A stretch of 64,000 nt of DNA, taken from contig CM120643.1 of assembly GCA_051362555.1 (NCBI GenBank), positions 25,424,848-25,488,847 of the forward strand. The letters are read 5' to 3'. The position numbers were made by a program, and so were the translations under genes. Under the pieces are notes generated by a model. That model saw only the letters and a program-made list of their open reading frames with translations, ran no database searches and was not told the origin of the DNA. The stretch's first letter is position 1, and each line of letters begins with the position of its first letter. The stretch is from Lingula anatina. Lineage: Eukaryota > Animalia > Brachiopoda. Below are positions 37,457 to 52,708 of this stretch, piece by piece.

Positions 37457-37714
37457 CTTATGTAGCTATTCGCTATCGGCATTTAGTGCATGCCATCGGC
37501 TTGTTGTTCATACGGTATAAGACTGATTTTTTATTTTATAGAATTTGGCATCCCTTATCACCTCTTTATTTGTATTTAATCGCCTTGTAATTTGTATTAA
37601 TGAGACGTTATGGCCATCGCATTAACCTTTTATTGATCTGTGGATTTGAGTGATTTAATTCACAAGCTGGTCATGAAAGAAAGATAAACAGTAGCAATTG
37701 AAAATGAGGTAAGA

Positions 37715-37761
<47 letters not shown>

Positions 37762-40700
37762 ATTGACACCCAAAATGCCCAGTTTGGACAATACTAACAA
37801 CAACTGCTGTGACCATGTTATTCCAGTAGAAATTAATCCAGTGTACCTGTTTACTTCTTATAGAATGGTGGGTAGCTTGCTTGTTTATATTGGATTAAAA
37901 GCCAACCATGCCCTTTTGTTATGGGTATTGCTGTCCCATGCGTGACCCTTTTGCACCCTGAGAAAAGGAGTGGATGGCTGAGATTTATTGAATTACACAG
38001 TATGGCAGAGTTATGGTCAGTGCTATGAGACACAGGGTACCCCATGGCCAGCTTTCTATGTAAGTAACACACCTGTAATACTCTGTGTCCCTGGTCATTC
38101 ACCTTGATGTACTTGCTTTAGCCACCTGCTCACACATGGAACAGAGGGGATACAAGGACAGTTACTTACACATTATATATGCTGGGTATGTATGCTGTAA
38201 ACCAACAGAGTAAACTTCTAGGTCTATGACTGCTGGAATTTTTCTATGTGCTGGTATTTTGGCAATTGTCGTTGGCTTGTTTATTGATTACATCAGCGTC
38301 AGGCACATGAAGCAAGTTTTAGTTAGAGAACTAAGCATAAAAAAGCAATTAGCTTATTGGAGGGGGGTGGATGAATTTAAATTTTTTTTGATTAAGTTCT
38401 CCTTAGCACCCCCTCAGTTTTTAGGCTGATGCATTTGGTATACCGTTGTAACCTTTCAGTCATCATTACTAATGTATAGGCTCAGGCTGACATACACAAT
38501 TTTCCTAATGCTGTTGATAACGTAACATAGCTCAGAAAAAAATGTCAGATACTCAAATTGATCTTCACCAATTTACCATTGATTTTTTCCCTTTTTCTAA
38601 ATATAAGCCAAAATATGCTGGAAAGATTCCTCCTTTTGTTGAACGTTTCATTAGCTTTGAGTTCAAGAGGTCCAGTTTTCTCAACACACTTCTATACTCC
38701 TAAAAGTTGCAGCCATAGGGTTTTTTATTGACTTTTTTTTATTTTGGCCTTTATTTTTAGACTTGGGAATCCATTTGAACTGCATGATACATACAATGGT
38801 CTCTCAAAACTATTTTGGTAACTTTGTCAATGCTTTTAGGATGTGCATTCTCAAATGAGTGAATGATGTAACTGTTGTTTACAAAGATGATGTTATTGAT
38901 TTTATGTCATACAATTTGAAGGGATCAGTTTCTGTGTATATTGAAGATTTTTTTCAAAGCCGACCCTTCACTCTTGAGCACTTAAGCAGACACTCATGTT
39001 AACTACACATTATGGAACTTATCAATTAGTAAGCATGTCAATACAGCAATTATATATTATCATAAACTACTGCAAAGCTGTTGCTGCAACCTGATATACC
39101 AAGCATAATAGAATTCTCTTTATTTTAAGCTATTATATGTTATTCCTGCTAATGTGATATACAATAAATATACATATAAACGTCTACATGGATATTTTGG
39201 GACTATAACAACAGTACCATTTGTGTAATTTGTACATGATGTGCATAGTGAGCACCCCCCCCCCCCCCCCCACACACACACTCCCCCCTCAAACCCCCCC
39301 CCCCCCCCCCCCCCAATGGTTGGATTGATGGGTGGGTGGATGATTGGGTAGACCTGTATACTAGTAGGCAAATGTATTGGATACTGGTACTAATGGATTG
39401 GTCATTTAATATATGTAGGTATTGTGATTATATATAGTTTATGAGTCTAAATTATTCACTGTATTTACAGAAACATAGAAATTCCCACCCCTCCATCACA
39501 CATGCCCATTGTTCTCATTTTTAAATGTGCATTTCTACTGATTTTTTTGTGCCAAATAATCCAAATTTGAACCCAGATCCTTTGTAATCCCCCCTCTCTC
39601 CCCGTCTCAAGATGGCTTGTTTAGAACTTCGTATTTGAAAAAAGAATCTGTGTATTTTAGTGTTAGAACATCAGCATTCATGTGAGGCTTGCAAGTGACA
39701 TGATGCATGGATGATGTTTCATGCTTGATGTACCAAAGTCATTTAAACAAATTTAAAGAGCATTTAATTTGCTACTTTAAGGAGGTAGATATATGGTGAT
39801 TTTTTTTTTTTTTAATGAGACATTAGACTTTGGATAATGCATTATTGCACATAACACGACAAAATGTATTTGATCAGAGGGTATTTCTCAAGTTTCTGTT
39901 TTTGGTTTAATATTTTTACTACTAAATGTAGCTGGTTTTATCATTTTTATTTACTAGTACAAAAAATTTGACTTCTCTCTTTACATGCTACTCCTTTGTA
40001 TATTAATAAAGTTGTACATGTGTAAGAATATGTCTACCATACATTTCTTCTGTTTACACATACAATTTCTGTACACCTGACTTATTGGTACATTGTTCTT
40101 CTGAATAGTTGTGACGGAATTAATGTTTACTTAAGCCATTGTTCGGTTTTGTTATAAATCTGCTAGTGCGGGGTTGTAAGACAAACGAAACCAGTATACG
40201 GACTATACGATCTGGACCACCTGAGCCTCTTGGTGATTCAGAAGTGAAATTTACTGAAGGTCAGTTTCAAAGTCATTCAGTTAGAACTATATCTGAGCGT
40301 TCAAGGTAAAACTGCTTGGCTTGTTAAGAATCTCAAATTGAATTGGGAACTTGCAACCTTCATTACAGAAATGAAATGAAAGAAACTGGGCCAAGCAATT
40401 ACTAAGTGGCGTACCTGGTTGGAGTCATTTCTGGACAGGCACCGAGGCTGAACTAGTCAAGTATGTTTAACGTATGTATACTCCTTGTACTTGTACGTCA
40501 GTGTCATTTCTCTCCTGAGCATGACAAAGCTTTAGAGGTGTTCTGGGACTCTTAGGTATTGCTAAGCTATCTAGGACAGGCGAAGCTGTTAGGTTTGTGT
40601 TTTTTATTGTGCACAAAGGTAAGATTATACATGTATCCAATGTTACATCACAGTAACTGCAATACCATAAGCCATATCACTTGGCTTAATTGTTATTATT

Positions 40701-43135
40701 CTCACCTACTCAGAATTCAGTATCAGATAGGAGGAAGATATATTTATAATTGTCTTGTGATCAGTTTGGAGCTAGAAAACAAACAAGAAATAGGGAGGAT
40801 TGATTATGATGCTTATTTCAAAAATTTCAAAAAGATAAAAAAGGAATGTTTTTTTTAAGCAATCCCTATAGCGAATTCAGTTAATGACAATGTCGGTGTA
40901 TTTTTAACTTTGATAATCAGGTATTTTAAAATAAAATGTGCCATTAACAGCTTAAGAGTATATTTTTAAGGTGAAAAAAAAAAATAAAAGCAGGAAGGGA
41001 AAATTTTGGACAAACATTCTTGAAATTTGTATGGTATGGTAAATGTGTAGGTTTGTGTGGCAGTGAATAAATGGAAGAGCATATGCAGACGAACTTAACA
41101 GGGGTACCTGGGTTGTAAGGTTAATGACGTAAGAAGATATTGGGTTCATATGTGGAAAAATTGCATCACAGTGACTGACGAAAAGAGCTGTTTTCTTCGG
41201 ATATTGAATTTCGCTCAACTGGTTCTTAAGGTGTGGTTTTGACTCAACACGGTGAAAATCTTCAAGCAGCCATTCTGTTTCACATCTGAAGGGAATAAAA
41301 TCACTGACAGAGAGAAAGGCTGTGAACGCTTGAGCAGATTGTGGAAAAATATTATCACTGATGAAGATCAGATGACGTATTATCATATTTGGAGAAGCTA
41401 CTTTGATCTTAGTTTTATTCCTTGGTGCAAATAATCCCACAGCGGATCACATTTTTCATGTTTCTGCATCAGCATACTGTCTCTCTTTATTGAGAGTGGT
41501 GAGTATATTTGAACATGTATGTTTTGCTTATAAGAAGCTGAAATATTTCAATCAGGTATTTTAAGAAGTCCAGAGTGAATTAATATCTCTGAGCAAACAT
41601 GTGAGGCCTATTTTTTTTCTGGAGAAAAAAATTCCATTCTTCTCTGTGCCGTAGGGCAAATATTTTTACCAAGTTGCCTAATGTATGTAATTAATATCTT
41701 CTGTGGCTCTGTGATAATAACTTGATATAGGGTTGCTGAACTGTGGCCACTATAAAGTTTACCTGGCTTGATCATTATGGTTTGATGCAGTGCCTGCAAC
41801 TACATACTACAGCATAGACTGCGTCTTTGGTTGTTTTTCAAGAAAAAACAAGTGAGCAAAGTTTAACATTAATGCATTAAGAGCCACTTATATTCTGACA
41901 AGGTTGCCCTTAATTTTACATGATTGTTTGCTTGTTGATTGCCCCGAAATGGAAGCAGAAATTCTGAGAGTAGGTTCTTATGTAAACTGTTATGTGTAAT
42001 TGCATTTTTTGACATTTACTTAACTTGGTGTGGCATTTGCAAAATTGACTTTTATTGTAAATATAATGAATTTGTAAGATGTTGTTTTTTTTTTCTTACT
42101 GAAATGATTGATTATTTGAGTGTAACGAGTGTGAGGGCATGCATGTGGGGGTACATATAACATCCTTACACGCATGCATGCACGCACAAATGCACATTGC
42201 TATACCTGCACATGCACGTTTATTTACTCAGACACATAACTAACAGAGATGTTCTTGAAAACCGTCTCTGTTATCCATGAGGTAGAGCTGAACTCTACCA
42301 AATAGACTGTAAACAAAAAAATCCCATCTCACTAATACCAGACAGGGTTTGTCTTAATTAAGTGCTGGAGTAAAATTGGTAATATACCTCACCACCTGTG
42401 GAAATTAAGGTTGATAGGGCAGAAACAGATGGGATGTCTATGGGAATGGTATTTTCTTTGAATCTCAAGACATGACTCGCTAGCAGATTTAAACTCAGAC
42501 GCAATTTTTTTTTTTCCTGGTTTAAAATCTGCAATCTGTTGTTTTTTCCCCCTTGATGATTTTCCGACCTTAAGTGCCTCCTAAACCCCGGGCTGTAAGG
42601 CCACCGAGCTATTTCTTCCTACACTTTTTCTTTTAACACAAATTCATGTCCATTAACTGTAAGGTAAAACTAGAAATGGCTTTTTCTTTAAAAAACTGTT
42701 GGAGGAACAGAACATGGGATATATTTAGAATTTAGCTGCATGTGTGGAATATTCTAACCTGATATGTATTGATACTACACAAAGTGTAAGGCATTAAATA
42801 TGATACTTTAATTTAAATAGAAACAAGAAAGGATTAATGTTATTTTTAATGTTTGAAGCTGCTAATAAGTGATGGTAGTCCAAATGGAAGCTAAAATTAC
42901 ATGTTCAGTAATAAGATTAGCCAGCATATTTTTATATCTGAAAAATATTATTACAAACCACAAGCAAGTATAAAGCGACCAGTAGTAAACAGCAAACTGA
43001 TGAGTGTTTGGGGATTCATGACGGGTCCCTAGAGAATATAGAATAAGTTTTCTGGAGTACGAAAACTTGTAGTAATTTACAGATGGAGAAGGACATAAGA
43101 GATCACTACGGGGACTTAGGGATGAAATAGTGTAA

Positions 43136-43350
43136 CACCCCATTTCCATAGATTAGATCGACCTACTTTAGATCGACCTAACTCCCTGGGGGTTCACGCT
43201 AAATAGCTGTCAGCCGGGCGGACACGAAAGTTAATTACCCTCTTACAGCTTATAGTAGGCGGGACGGATATTTAAGTTGGATTATCTGAAAGTAATCTAG
43301 TGAGACTCCCCGCGGGGATAGATAGATCTAAAATCTATGGGAATAGAGCC
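43136..43350 (-). mobile_element. 215-bp PIF/Harbinger-type MITE (copy 1)
   Basis: TAA TSD on both sides; imperfect TIR ..ATTTCCATAGAT / ATCTATGGGAATAGAGCC; inverted copy at 61367-61581. Confidence 0.88.
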
Positions 43351-46300
43351 TAAGTAACAAATTTCCTAGCCCAGAATTCAATGACAGCTAGGCCTGCTTT
43401 TGACACACATACCATTAAAACTATAGCTAGACCATCTGCATTAAGTTTAAAGCCTAATAGGTTCCCAGTAATATGTTTTTAGATAAAGAACTCTTTAACC
43501 ATGAGAAATGAGCATTTGCCAGTACTTACATAATTTCCAAATTTACTTAGTTCTCATGAAAATGCAATTTTCAAGCAGGTGTTTGCTTTTTCGTTAATTA
43601 AAAAGGATGCAGCAAGGCTTAGAGCACACCAGGTTGATAATAGCAAAATAGTAGGATGCTCATTTGAACTTCAAGTCTAGACTAAAAGAGGAAATTAGAC
43701 AACGCAAAATTACTGAGGCTCACATAAAGTGCATGTTGTAGCAATTACGCTTAAAACTTGGTTGGTTTGAAATGCAGTCTTTTATTAAAACGAGCCCAAG
43801 AAAGGTGCCGTATGCGTCATTTTATGGCAACATTGATTATGGATCCAGTTTAATGGTTCTGTGCCTTTTATGTAATCAGCTCATGGCTACAATGTCTGAG
43901 GATACATTTTGAAATGCTGACTACACAGTTTATTGTATCTCGGAGAGGGCGGATCGAGATAAGCTTACTAGCTAGGCAAGTGGTTTGCTGGGAAAAGGTC
44001 CCCACAAAAATTTGATCTAGGCACACAAAGGTATTTAATTTTGCAGAAAAAGACCCCCCCCCCCCCCCTTGATATTGCTAGTTACGGGCCTGGTGTCATG
44101 TACCATAAACAGCAGGTCAGGGTTTAGATTAGCAATATTTTTTATTTGAAGTGGCCAAATTTAATTGTGAGTTTACACTAATAAAGTAGATTTATGATAT
44201 AAAATGTATTCATGCGGCTGGATGGGCAGTGTATATAATATGTTATTTTATTTGTTTTAAATGGGCGGTTTTATCATCTCAGACTTTTTATAAGTGTTAA
44301 GACATGTAATATCAACTGTCTTTAATTGTGATGTTATAAAGTAATTTCAATGAACAGGAGTGTGAAATGAGCAATCAAAGATTTATGATCTTTTTTATCT
44401 ATGTAATAACCCTTGCCCCTGTATAGCCTATAGCAAGGGCAGGACAGACACTATTCAAGATTTGTTCAAACACAGGGGAAACTTAAAAGATGAATTGACA
44501 AAATGGAGTATTTTGACGTAAAATGCCATACACTCAAGGTGGGATTTTTATAGCCATCATTAGCTATAGTAACAAAATCCTAATATCATCCTTAAATTAG
44601 CGTAAGTACCTATACATTTGAAATGAAGGTTAAGTGAACAAACCACTTAAAAAAAGCAGCAGTTGATAATATTAACTTATAATGATGATAAAAAACCTAA
44701 TCAATCTAAAGAGACTAAATGTGTATCTGTTTTTGTTGATTATAGCAAGGTTTTTGATGAATGAGTGAAACAACATGCTTCATTATAGATAAGGTAAAAA
44801 AATGTTTGATCAATTGGACTTCGGGCTCATTTCCACTGAAACTATCATTCTACATAGGTGGATCCAACTTCGCAGAGACTCGCGCTGAATGCAGTTAGAT
44901 TAACACTCCTTCTGGCATTGAGTATAATACAGCCGGTGATTACACGGATATGTTGGAAACAAGAGGAAATTTGAACACCATGGCTCATAAGAAAAAAAGC
45001 CTTTTAGTAGGCTCTACAGAAATGATTTACTTTATCTCGTTGTTAGAAATACTACTTCATATTTTCACGCTGTTTGAGTTTGTGAGTGATTACCATAGTG
45101 GCAATAGGGAACAGACCCCATATGTGGTCAAATAATAAATTTAAGAAAAGTTGATTGTGTTACCGCATGCTGATACCACATGTAGGGCTATGAGGGGTCG
45201 CATGATCAATATTGCAACAACTTGTGTGATAACTTGCCATTTGAGAAAACTGGTGAATTCAGGAGGAGGGCTCTGGGACGGTGGCAAAAAGCATAATAAT
45301 ATAGATAATAAAGATTTTATAATGCTTCATTTGATGTGTCTGTGCCATGGTAGAGATAAAGACTTAGGGAGATTTGCAGATTACCTAGTAGGCAGCAGAT
45401 TGGCCAATCATGATTTTTGCATCGACAAGCATTTTTTTTTTTTAGGCAAAGGCCTATTAACACTTACATTATATGATCAAATTATGTTGGAATTTGTTAC
45501 AATAATTTAATTCAAGGCCTGCAAAGAAAGCTCTTTTTTGTTTGAAAGCTATAAAGCAAGTTTTGTTATTTGAAAATAGCATTATCTCAATTTCTCTGGA
45601 TCTTATCATATTTTAGTTGACCGTATTTAGCAGAGTACAAAGTCAAAAGTGGCTTATCCGGCATATTGTTTGATAATAAAACATGTTAAAAACATAAAGA
45701 CTTTACTACAAATAATTCTGGAATTTATAAAATTTATTTTGAGACCACATAAAGGCTCATAATGGCTTAAGATATTGCAACATCTTGCTTTCCATGAACT
45801 ATTCAAAAATTGATCAAGAATATGCATCTTGATACATTGTTAAGAAGTAATTGATAAGTTGAAGTCGACATTGGGCATCAAGAGAAAAATATTGAAACTC
45901 GCCATGTTTTGTCTCCTGTGATTTAAATTAAAAGCAGTTGTATTGATTTTGAAATATTGTACTTTTTCTTGGTGTCATTTAAGATTGGTAATTTTGGTAA
46001 GTTGTATAAATTTACTCTCATTGAAACTAATGCTGATTTAGATAATGATGTTAGTGAGATTAGCATTTGATATTTCACCAGTTTGAACTTTGTACTGTAT
46101 GAGCAATTCTTTACTGAGATTTATTAATAAATCTTGTGTTTCTGTTGTAGGTATGATTCCCTTGCCACTGCAGAAATATTGAAGAAAAAGAAGGAATGTT
46201 ATTGAAGCGGACACATACATAATGTACTAGTAGATGTGCAGTTGGTGAAGCCAGAGAATCGGATCCTCTTTGATCATATAAATGGGACAATGGATCATGC

Positions 46301-46409
46301 TGAAGTGAGAGAACTGACTGGTACCTGACCACAAAACCATGATCCTTATGACTTCCAATTACCCTCTACCTAAACAACATTGAAGCTTATGGCTTAGGAG
46401 TCCAGAACC

Positions 46410-49400
46410 ATGCTGCTTTTTCCTCTGTTCACCTTGCTTTGGTTTTGCCTTGCTGCGGGCCATGCTGAAGTGACAACGGCTGGAAGCACCACCATCAAAG
46501 ACAGCAGTACAGTACCACCCAGCAATAACAGTGACAGTATCAGTAACAATAACAAAGAGACCATTGAGGATAATGACACCATACAAAGAGGAACTACCAA
46601 TGGTACCTTGAGTACCGTTAGCACAAAGCGCCCTAGTACAACCACAAGCCGACCCCAACCATCGCCCAGTGACAGCTCTGGCGTTGATGTGATTGATCTC
46701 GGCCTTCTGCATGGTACCAATGATCCTCATTTTATTGATATAGGTGACAGTAACGACAGCAGCCATCATGGGAACCATTCTGTGCACTCCACGGATCACC
46801 CCACACATTCCCACGAGGGAATTCACGTCGCCAGTTGGAACTTTGACTATGTGAAAGCGCCTTTGGTCATAACTCTTTTCATTACTGTCGCAGGTTTTTG
46901 TAAATTAGGTGAGTGAACTAAAATCAGGCTAGATTTATGATTTATTTAGTGCAGCTTAAAGAGCTTGTTGTACTGTAAGAGGGTCGATATAAAGTCTTAA
47001 GTCGCATTTTACAGTGAAGGCAGGTCAATCCTTCTATTTTGGCTGTCTAATTGAGTTAAGCTTACCAAGGGCAGTAAATATTAAAAGAATTCCATACCAC
47101 CTAAATCACTTTTCATTAGGCAATGATAACATTTATTTTAGCAATATGTGCATGGTCACTTGTCGTATTTAGTTTGAAAAAAGGTCGACCTCTTTCTCTT
47201 TGTCAAAAATAGCAACTCCTCTTTTCTCCCACCTATGTCTCCACCCCCCTCCCCCTCCATTCACTGGGTGTGGTGTGTGACCAGTCATAGGCAGCAATAA
47301 CTTGGCCTGCAGAGAAAGGTCACTGCAAGAAAAGTCAACCTTTCTTCAATGTAAACAGGGTTCAGATGAAGACACCAAATGACCTAAACATTTTTTACTG
47401 TACTGTAATATGTAATCCATTATGTCAAGCATTCTGGTCATTTTAAGATATCAGCAAGAGTATTTCGCTTTTTTACATGTATAGAATTTTAGTAATTATA
47501 TCAATCATTGTCATTGAAACATATATATGTATCTTGAAGTTGGCAACAGAAGATATCCAAGACGGCATAAAATTGTGCCCATTTAGTAACAATTTTATGG
47601 CATGTCATTTTGGCTGTGAATAACAGATAAGTAATACCTACATTCATTTGAAACCTGTATACAGTTACTCGTCAATTGTCATAGTCAGCAGTGATTTCCT
47701 TACCAAAAGGTTTCTCATGTAACAGTTATTTTTTTAAAAGAAATGTCATCGTTTCACCAGAACATTCATAATGATGCCCTTTATAAATGAAAATACATCG
47801 GTACAATGTGTGTGTGGAATTTTTTTAATGTGATTTCCTGTCTTTGGTTCTCAAGTTTATTATCTGATCAGACTCTTATTTAACTCCTTTTTTTATGTGA
47901 AATGTTATTTGCGGGGGTATGCCTCTTTTCTCTTCTTGGAGATTGTTTTTCTGCATCAGTGGGCTTTTTATAATCACGCTGTTTTGTATTGGTAACATAT
48001 GTGTCTGCTTGAACTGTGCTCAGGTTTAAACGTACTTTAAGCACCTTTGGCAGGGCATTGAATGTGCATGCAAAGGGCTCGCTGTAGTAATTTCACAGAT
48101 TTAAACAGAATCTGTAAGTTGTAGTAATAATTAAGATTTTCTGAATTGATTGAAAAGTTCTGAAAGTTGAATTGTGGCCATGTCAGGAAACATGTTTTTA
48201 GGAATAGTTGAAATCATAATTCTAGAACAAAAATATTGTCAAAACAAAAGTCAGCTGTGATTGATCACCACATAATGAGACTTGTTTGATGTATCACAAA
48301 ATGACCCGATATTTCTTATCATCCCTCCTCAGACTTATATACCCTAGATTACTGAGACATCTGAGAGTAAAAAGGTCACCTTTTCAACAAGTTGAAACAA
48401 GACCAGATCTATTCACTAATTCGGCTCAAATGGGACATCGATCCTTCCATTGTAAAACCCAGACTGTTTCGAGGCAGAGCATTCCCAAGTTGCCAATCCA
48501 TGACATTTGTGCTGCACAAGTGAATACACAGCATCCAAATGTCTTCTGATATAATCAGCAGTATTGTGTGGTCCAAGAATGCAATCAAACCATGAGGCTG
48601 AGGATGAATTAACTGTATTGGCCATTTTGGTTATTGAAGACTTCATTGATTGCATGACCTGATGGTTACCTTTAGGACACTTAAATGTCCATTTGGTTAA
48701 TTGGATTTGACCACCTTATTGGCCACATAACCTGTTGGTTTGGCCAATTTTACTTAAATCGTAGGAGTTTGTATAATTCTGTTGTCCAGTTTGCGTCTAA
48801 TGGTAATTACTATATATCTGACTGCTGTAATACAAATGTTGATGGACAACTTAGTGTGAAGTTGTATTTCAAAATATTTTGATGGATACTTTTAAAAACT
48901 AATGCTCATGGACTCAAAACTCTTAAAGAGAGCTTAATTAATTCCAACCTTTACCCATACCCTAAATCATTCTAATATAATATGCTGTTGATACTGTATG
49001 TGATATTTTATGGTTGGAACTGGAGAAATTCTGTCTCTGTGGTGTTGTCTGTCTGATGACACGTGTTGTGCTGCAGGGCGTAATAAAGATAGGGGTTAAG
49101 CCAAAATTTTAAAATGATTCCAAATTCATTTTTTACTGAGACAGGCTGTTCGGGCTCCATATACCAGTAAAATGATAATGAAAATCTGAAAAAAAGATAT
49201 CCCATATTGACATGGAAAGTCCATACAACATCTAAGCAGCTGCCTGACTAATGCCCTGGACACAGAGGATATTGAGCCAATTGGTATCAGTTAATTTTCT
49301 TTTGCTAATACAGGAATATTTATTTGGCAAAATTTTACCAATTTTTTCTTTATTATAAAGACGTTAAAAGTCACCTGAAGCATTATCCTTCTGCAAAAAA

Positions 49401-52400
49401 GTGTCCACATTTGTATTTCACATCTCAAATCTGTGTTCAGCATTTAGTTTGGTTCATTGAGGCTAAGGCTGAAAATCAATTGGTTCATTTTCCTGCCCCA
49501 TTTTGATCATTCTCTTGACACAATATCGGATCTTGTAGTTGAGTACTAACAATCTGAACTTCAGATCAATAACTCCTTTCTGGATCTTAACCATTATGTC
49601 CTATTAGAAGGATTACTAGAAAGTTAAATATATAATTAATAATGAAACTGACATTGATTTGATCTAAACGTATTAATTAGGCTAACTTGTTTTGTTTGAA
49701 TTGGCCAAATGAAAATTTTGGTCAATTAAGGATGAAATGACAAAAGTGATTATGAAATTACAATCTTATTCATCAATAAGCATTACTAGTAAGTGAAAAT
49801 TCTTAGGGCACACCTTAATAACAAGAAGCAAATTCCGTGCTCTTTCAATATTGTATAAGTAAGATGTGCTGTGATTCAATAAATCATCTGAAGTGTAACA
49901 GGTGTGAAATGTTGGTATTTGATAAGAATGGTTCTAGCTACCAGCAATATGACAGTGGTAGAATATCATCACGTAACCAGTGCTTACCCAATGCACTTTC
50001 ATCATCACATATTGATAATTAATGTACACTGTATTCAGACTGTTTAGGTACTGGTATAATGTACATGTGAAGTGTAATTAATAAATATAAAGCTTGGTCA
50101 TTTTGACTCAACTTCACCTTTTACATCAAATCTTGAATTAAATAAAGTATGACAGGAGAGATATTGAATCTTGAGTCTGAACAATTTTGATTATCTGCCT
50201 GCTGAACAATTTTTATTTTCCATGTTTCAAGCAGACTTGACAAATTAAGCTGGATACAATTGTGTGCCATGGTATTTCACTTTTAATCTTTGTAATTTTT
50301 ATTGCACGGTCTTACAAATGAGAGTGGCTTTATATAGTGTAATATCCAGGAGAGATTACCAAAACATACTGGATGATTTTTTTTTCGGGGGATAACCCAA
50401 TTCATTCAACTTTCTACAGTTTTCCTGTGTACAAGGCAGAAGTATGTCTACACAGACAATCATGATGTAGTAGAGAGCATATTTCTTCAATAGTTAGTAT
50501 ATTTCTTCTATATAAAACAGTCTGTAAACTGCTGAGCAGTAGTTGTAGATGACACAGTGCATGGGTAACCAATGGCAGTCTATATACTGTATAACAGTGT
50601 TATCAGTGAACCCTTAGATTTATAATATTGACAAGAAATCATTTCCACTCATCATATGAATATCAGTCGTGCTGTAAGTCTAGGGTTTCCTTTTAAAAGA
50701 AGACTAAAAAAATCACAGCATGGTATTGATGAAGACAAGGTAGCAGCTATGTGTATTATTGAACAGTCTTTGGCTCTATGTTCACTTCAATCAGCTACAT
50801 ACAGTGTACATGTACAATAAAGGGAAACATTGATCAATAAAACATTTTTTATTCCTAAAAATACTATAATGAATTCCAGAGGAGAAACAAAAAATTACTG
50901 TTTATTGATGAAAGAAAATCCATTATGGTTAAATCTAATAAGCATTTTCCCCACATGACTGTTGCTGATTTTTTTTCTTAAATATTGGCAATGTTAAAGT
51001 TAACAAGTGGCAGCTTGCCATGTAGAGACTGGAATTAAATCTCATGGTCTTGCATTCACCCCCAAAGATCTCCCTAATTGTCCTCCTTAGATATTAAATC
51101 AACACAAAAGTGACATCAAAATGCTTTTTATTGATCTTGTTCACCCTGGTAAACTGTGACCCAAAGTGCCTTACCAATTCTTAATCAATAAAGCTTTTTC
51201 TTTTCATCTGACTGTAAAAATGTAGTAGTCAATGAATTTCAGAAAAAAACATATACTATTTCTGGCTTTGATTATTGCTAGCCATCAATATTGACAAAAT
51301 CAAACATCAATATTTTATCAATATTCATATTATATGAGTTTAAGGTCACAAAATAATGATTACAGTACTGCAGTGTAAGTAGATTGTATAGTTAACTGCA
51401 AGTGGGAAAGTTATTTAGCTAAATATTTATAATTTGGTTTGGAGAAAAAAATCAGAAAAGCCTTTAATGTTGAACTGTCTCTTCTATAATTTGCCTGTGG
51501 TTACTAAATAATTGATTGAAATAGCTTTTATTAGTGGCTGATAGATAAGATATATCTTTAGAACAAGGTAGTAGTTTGATTCTGTTTTATAGTCCTTTCA
51601 ACTATGGTGGGTGTACAGTACTTGTAAGTCTAGAGTAAAGTTTGAAAGGTTTTTGAGTAATAAAGACTGAAGCAGGCAAAAAAATTATGATTGTAGCCAA
51701 AGTTAGTATTTTAGTAAGTTTAATGTCATTCAAACTTTGGATTTTGAGATTTTAAGTTAAATTTATTGTTTATTCACTGAACCATAAAAGGACCAGATTT
51801 AAGTGATGTTTTGCTAAGAAGAAAGATTGCTCGTTGTTAGCTTATTCTGTTTGGCTTATGTTATTTCTGTTTATACCTATTCAACAAAGCTTTATTTTCT
51901 TGGAACTGATTTGAAAATGTTGCCACAAAACATTTTTGTGGTGCTGATTTTTTTTTTTTTTCATATTTTGTAGATAAGGTTGATTTTGATAAAGGTTGTA
52001 TTTCACTTCAACCTTCCCATCTCATCTTTGATTCATTTATTCTCAACTTCTCTAGTTTATGTTTCTTGGGAGATAAAATGTCTTCCTTGTCTGCTTACAA
52101 AATAGTCTTATCTATGATTATTCCGCAGTTTTTTTTTTTTTCAACTGAAGACTTTTTAAAAGGAGGTAATGTAACTCTCTGTAACCAGGTTCTGTTCATA
52201 TTACTTTATGTACGTCTTTTTAAGTGTTTTTTATGTCCCAAGTGCAGGGGTGATCCTGGGATCCAGGCAGGTGCAAGATTTATCACACCTGCACATAGTG
52301 GAGACTTTCTGGTTACCTTTAAGTTGGAGATGTCATTTAGTTTAACTTAACAGATTAGCTAGTCTGTCCTTGTATGCCTAGCATCTCAACCAGGTTATTA

Positions 52401-52674
52401 CAAGTGCCTATGCATTGAAAATGTACTAGATCATGCTGTTTTTTACACTAGGCTTTTTCCATTGAAAACATTTAATTGCATTTTAATAATAGAGCACTTG
52501 CTCTATTTCTATTACCCCAGAGTAACTCTTGACTGGGTTAATAAAATGCTCAGGGGAATGCCTGCTGCATACTTACATTATTACAGTGTAGTGCAATTAC
52601 ATTACAGCACGGAAAAGGGAGGGATGTGCATGTTACATGTACGTTGCAGATGCATTGCTGTTATACTCTCTCTT

Positions 52675-52708
<34 letters not shown>

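Noticed and set aside
40952-41440. 162-aa - strand ORF and overlapping + strand ORF
   Set aside because: No recognisable motif or splice framework; may be a non-coding 5' exon region of the NHE gene but unsupported.
32038-46400. A downstream 7TM (class C GPCR) or kinase exon for the VFT gene
   Set aside because: No long or multi-helix ORF is seen, and the gene already closes with a TM exon and an in-frame tail and stop. Tiny exons cannot be fully excluded.
46359-46826. Antisense ORFs over NHE exon 1 (and similar ones over TRAPPC8 and receptor exons)
   Set aside because: Shadow ORFs of real coding exons.
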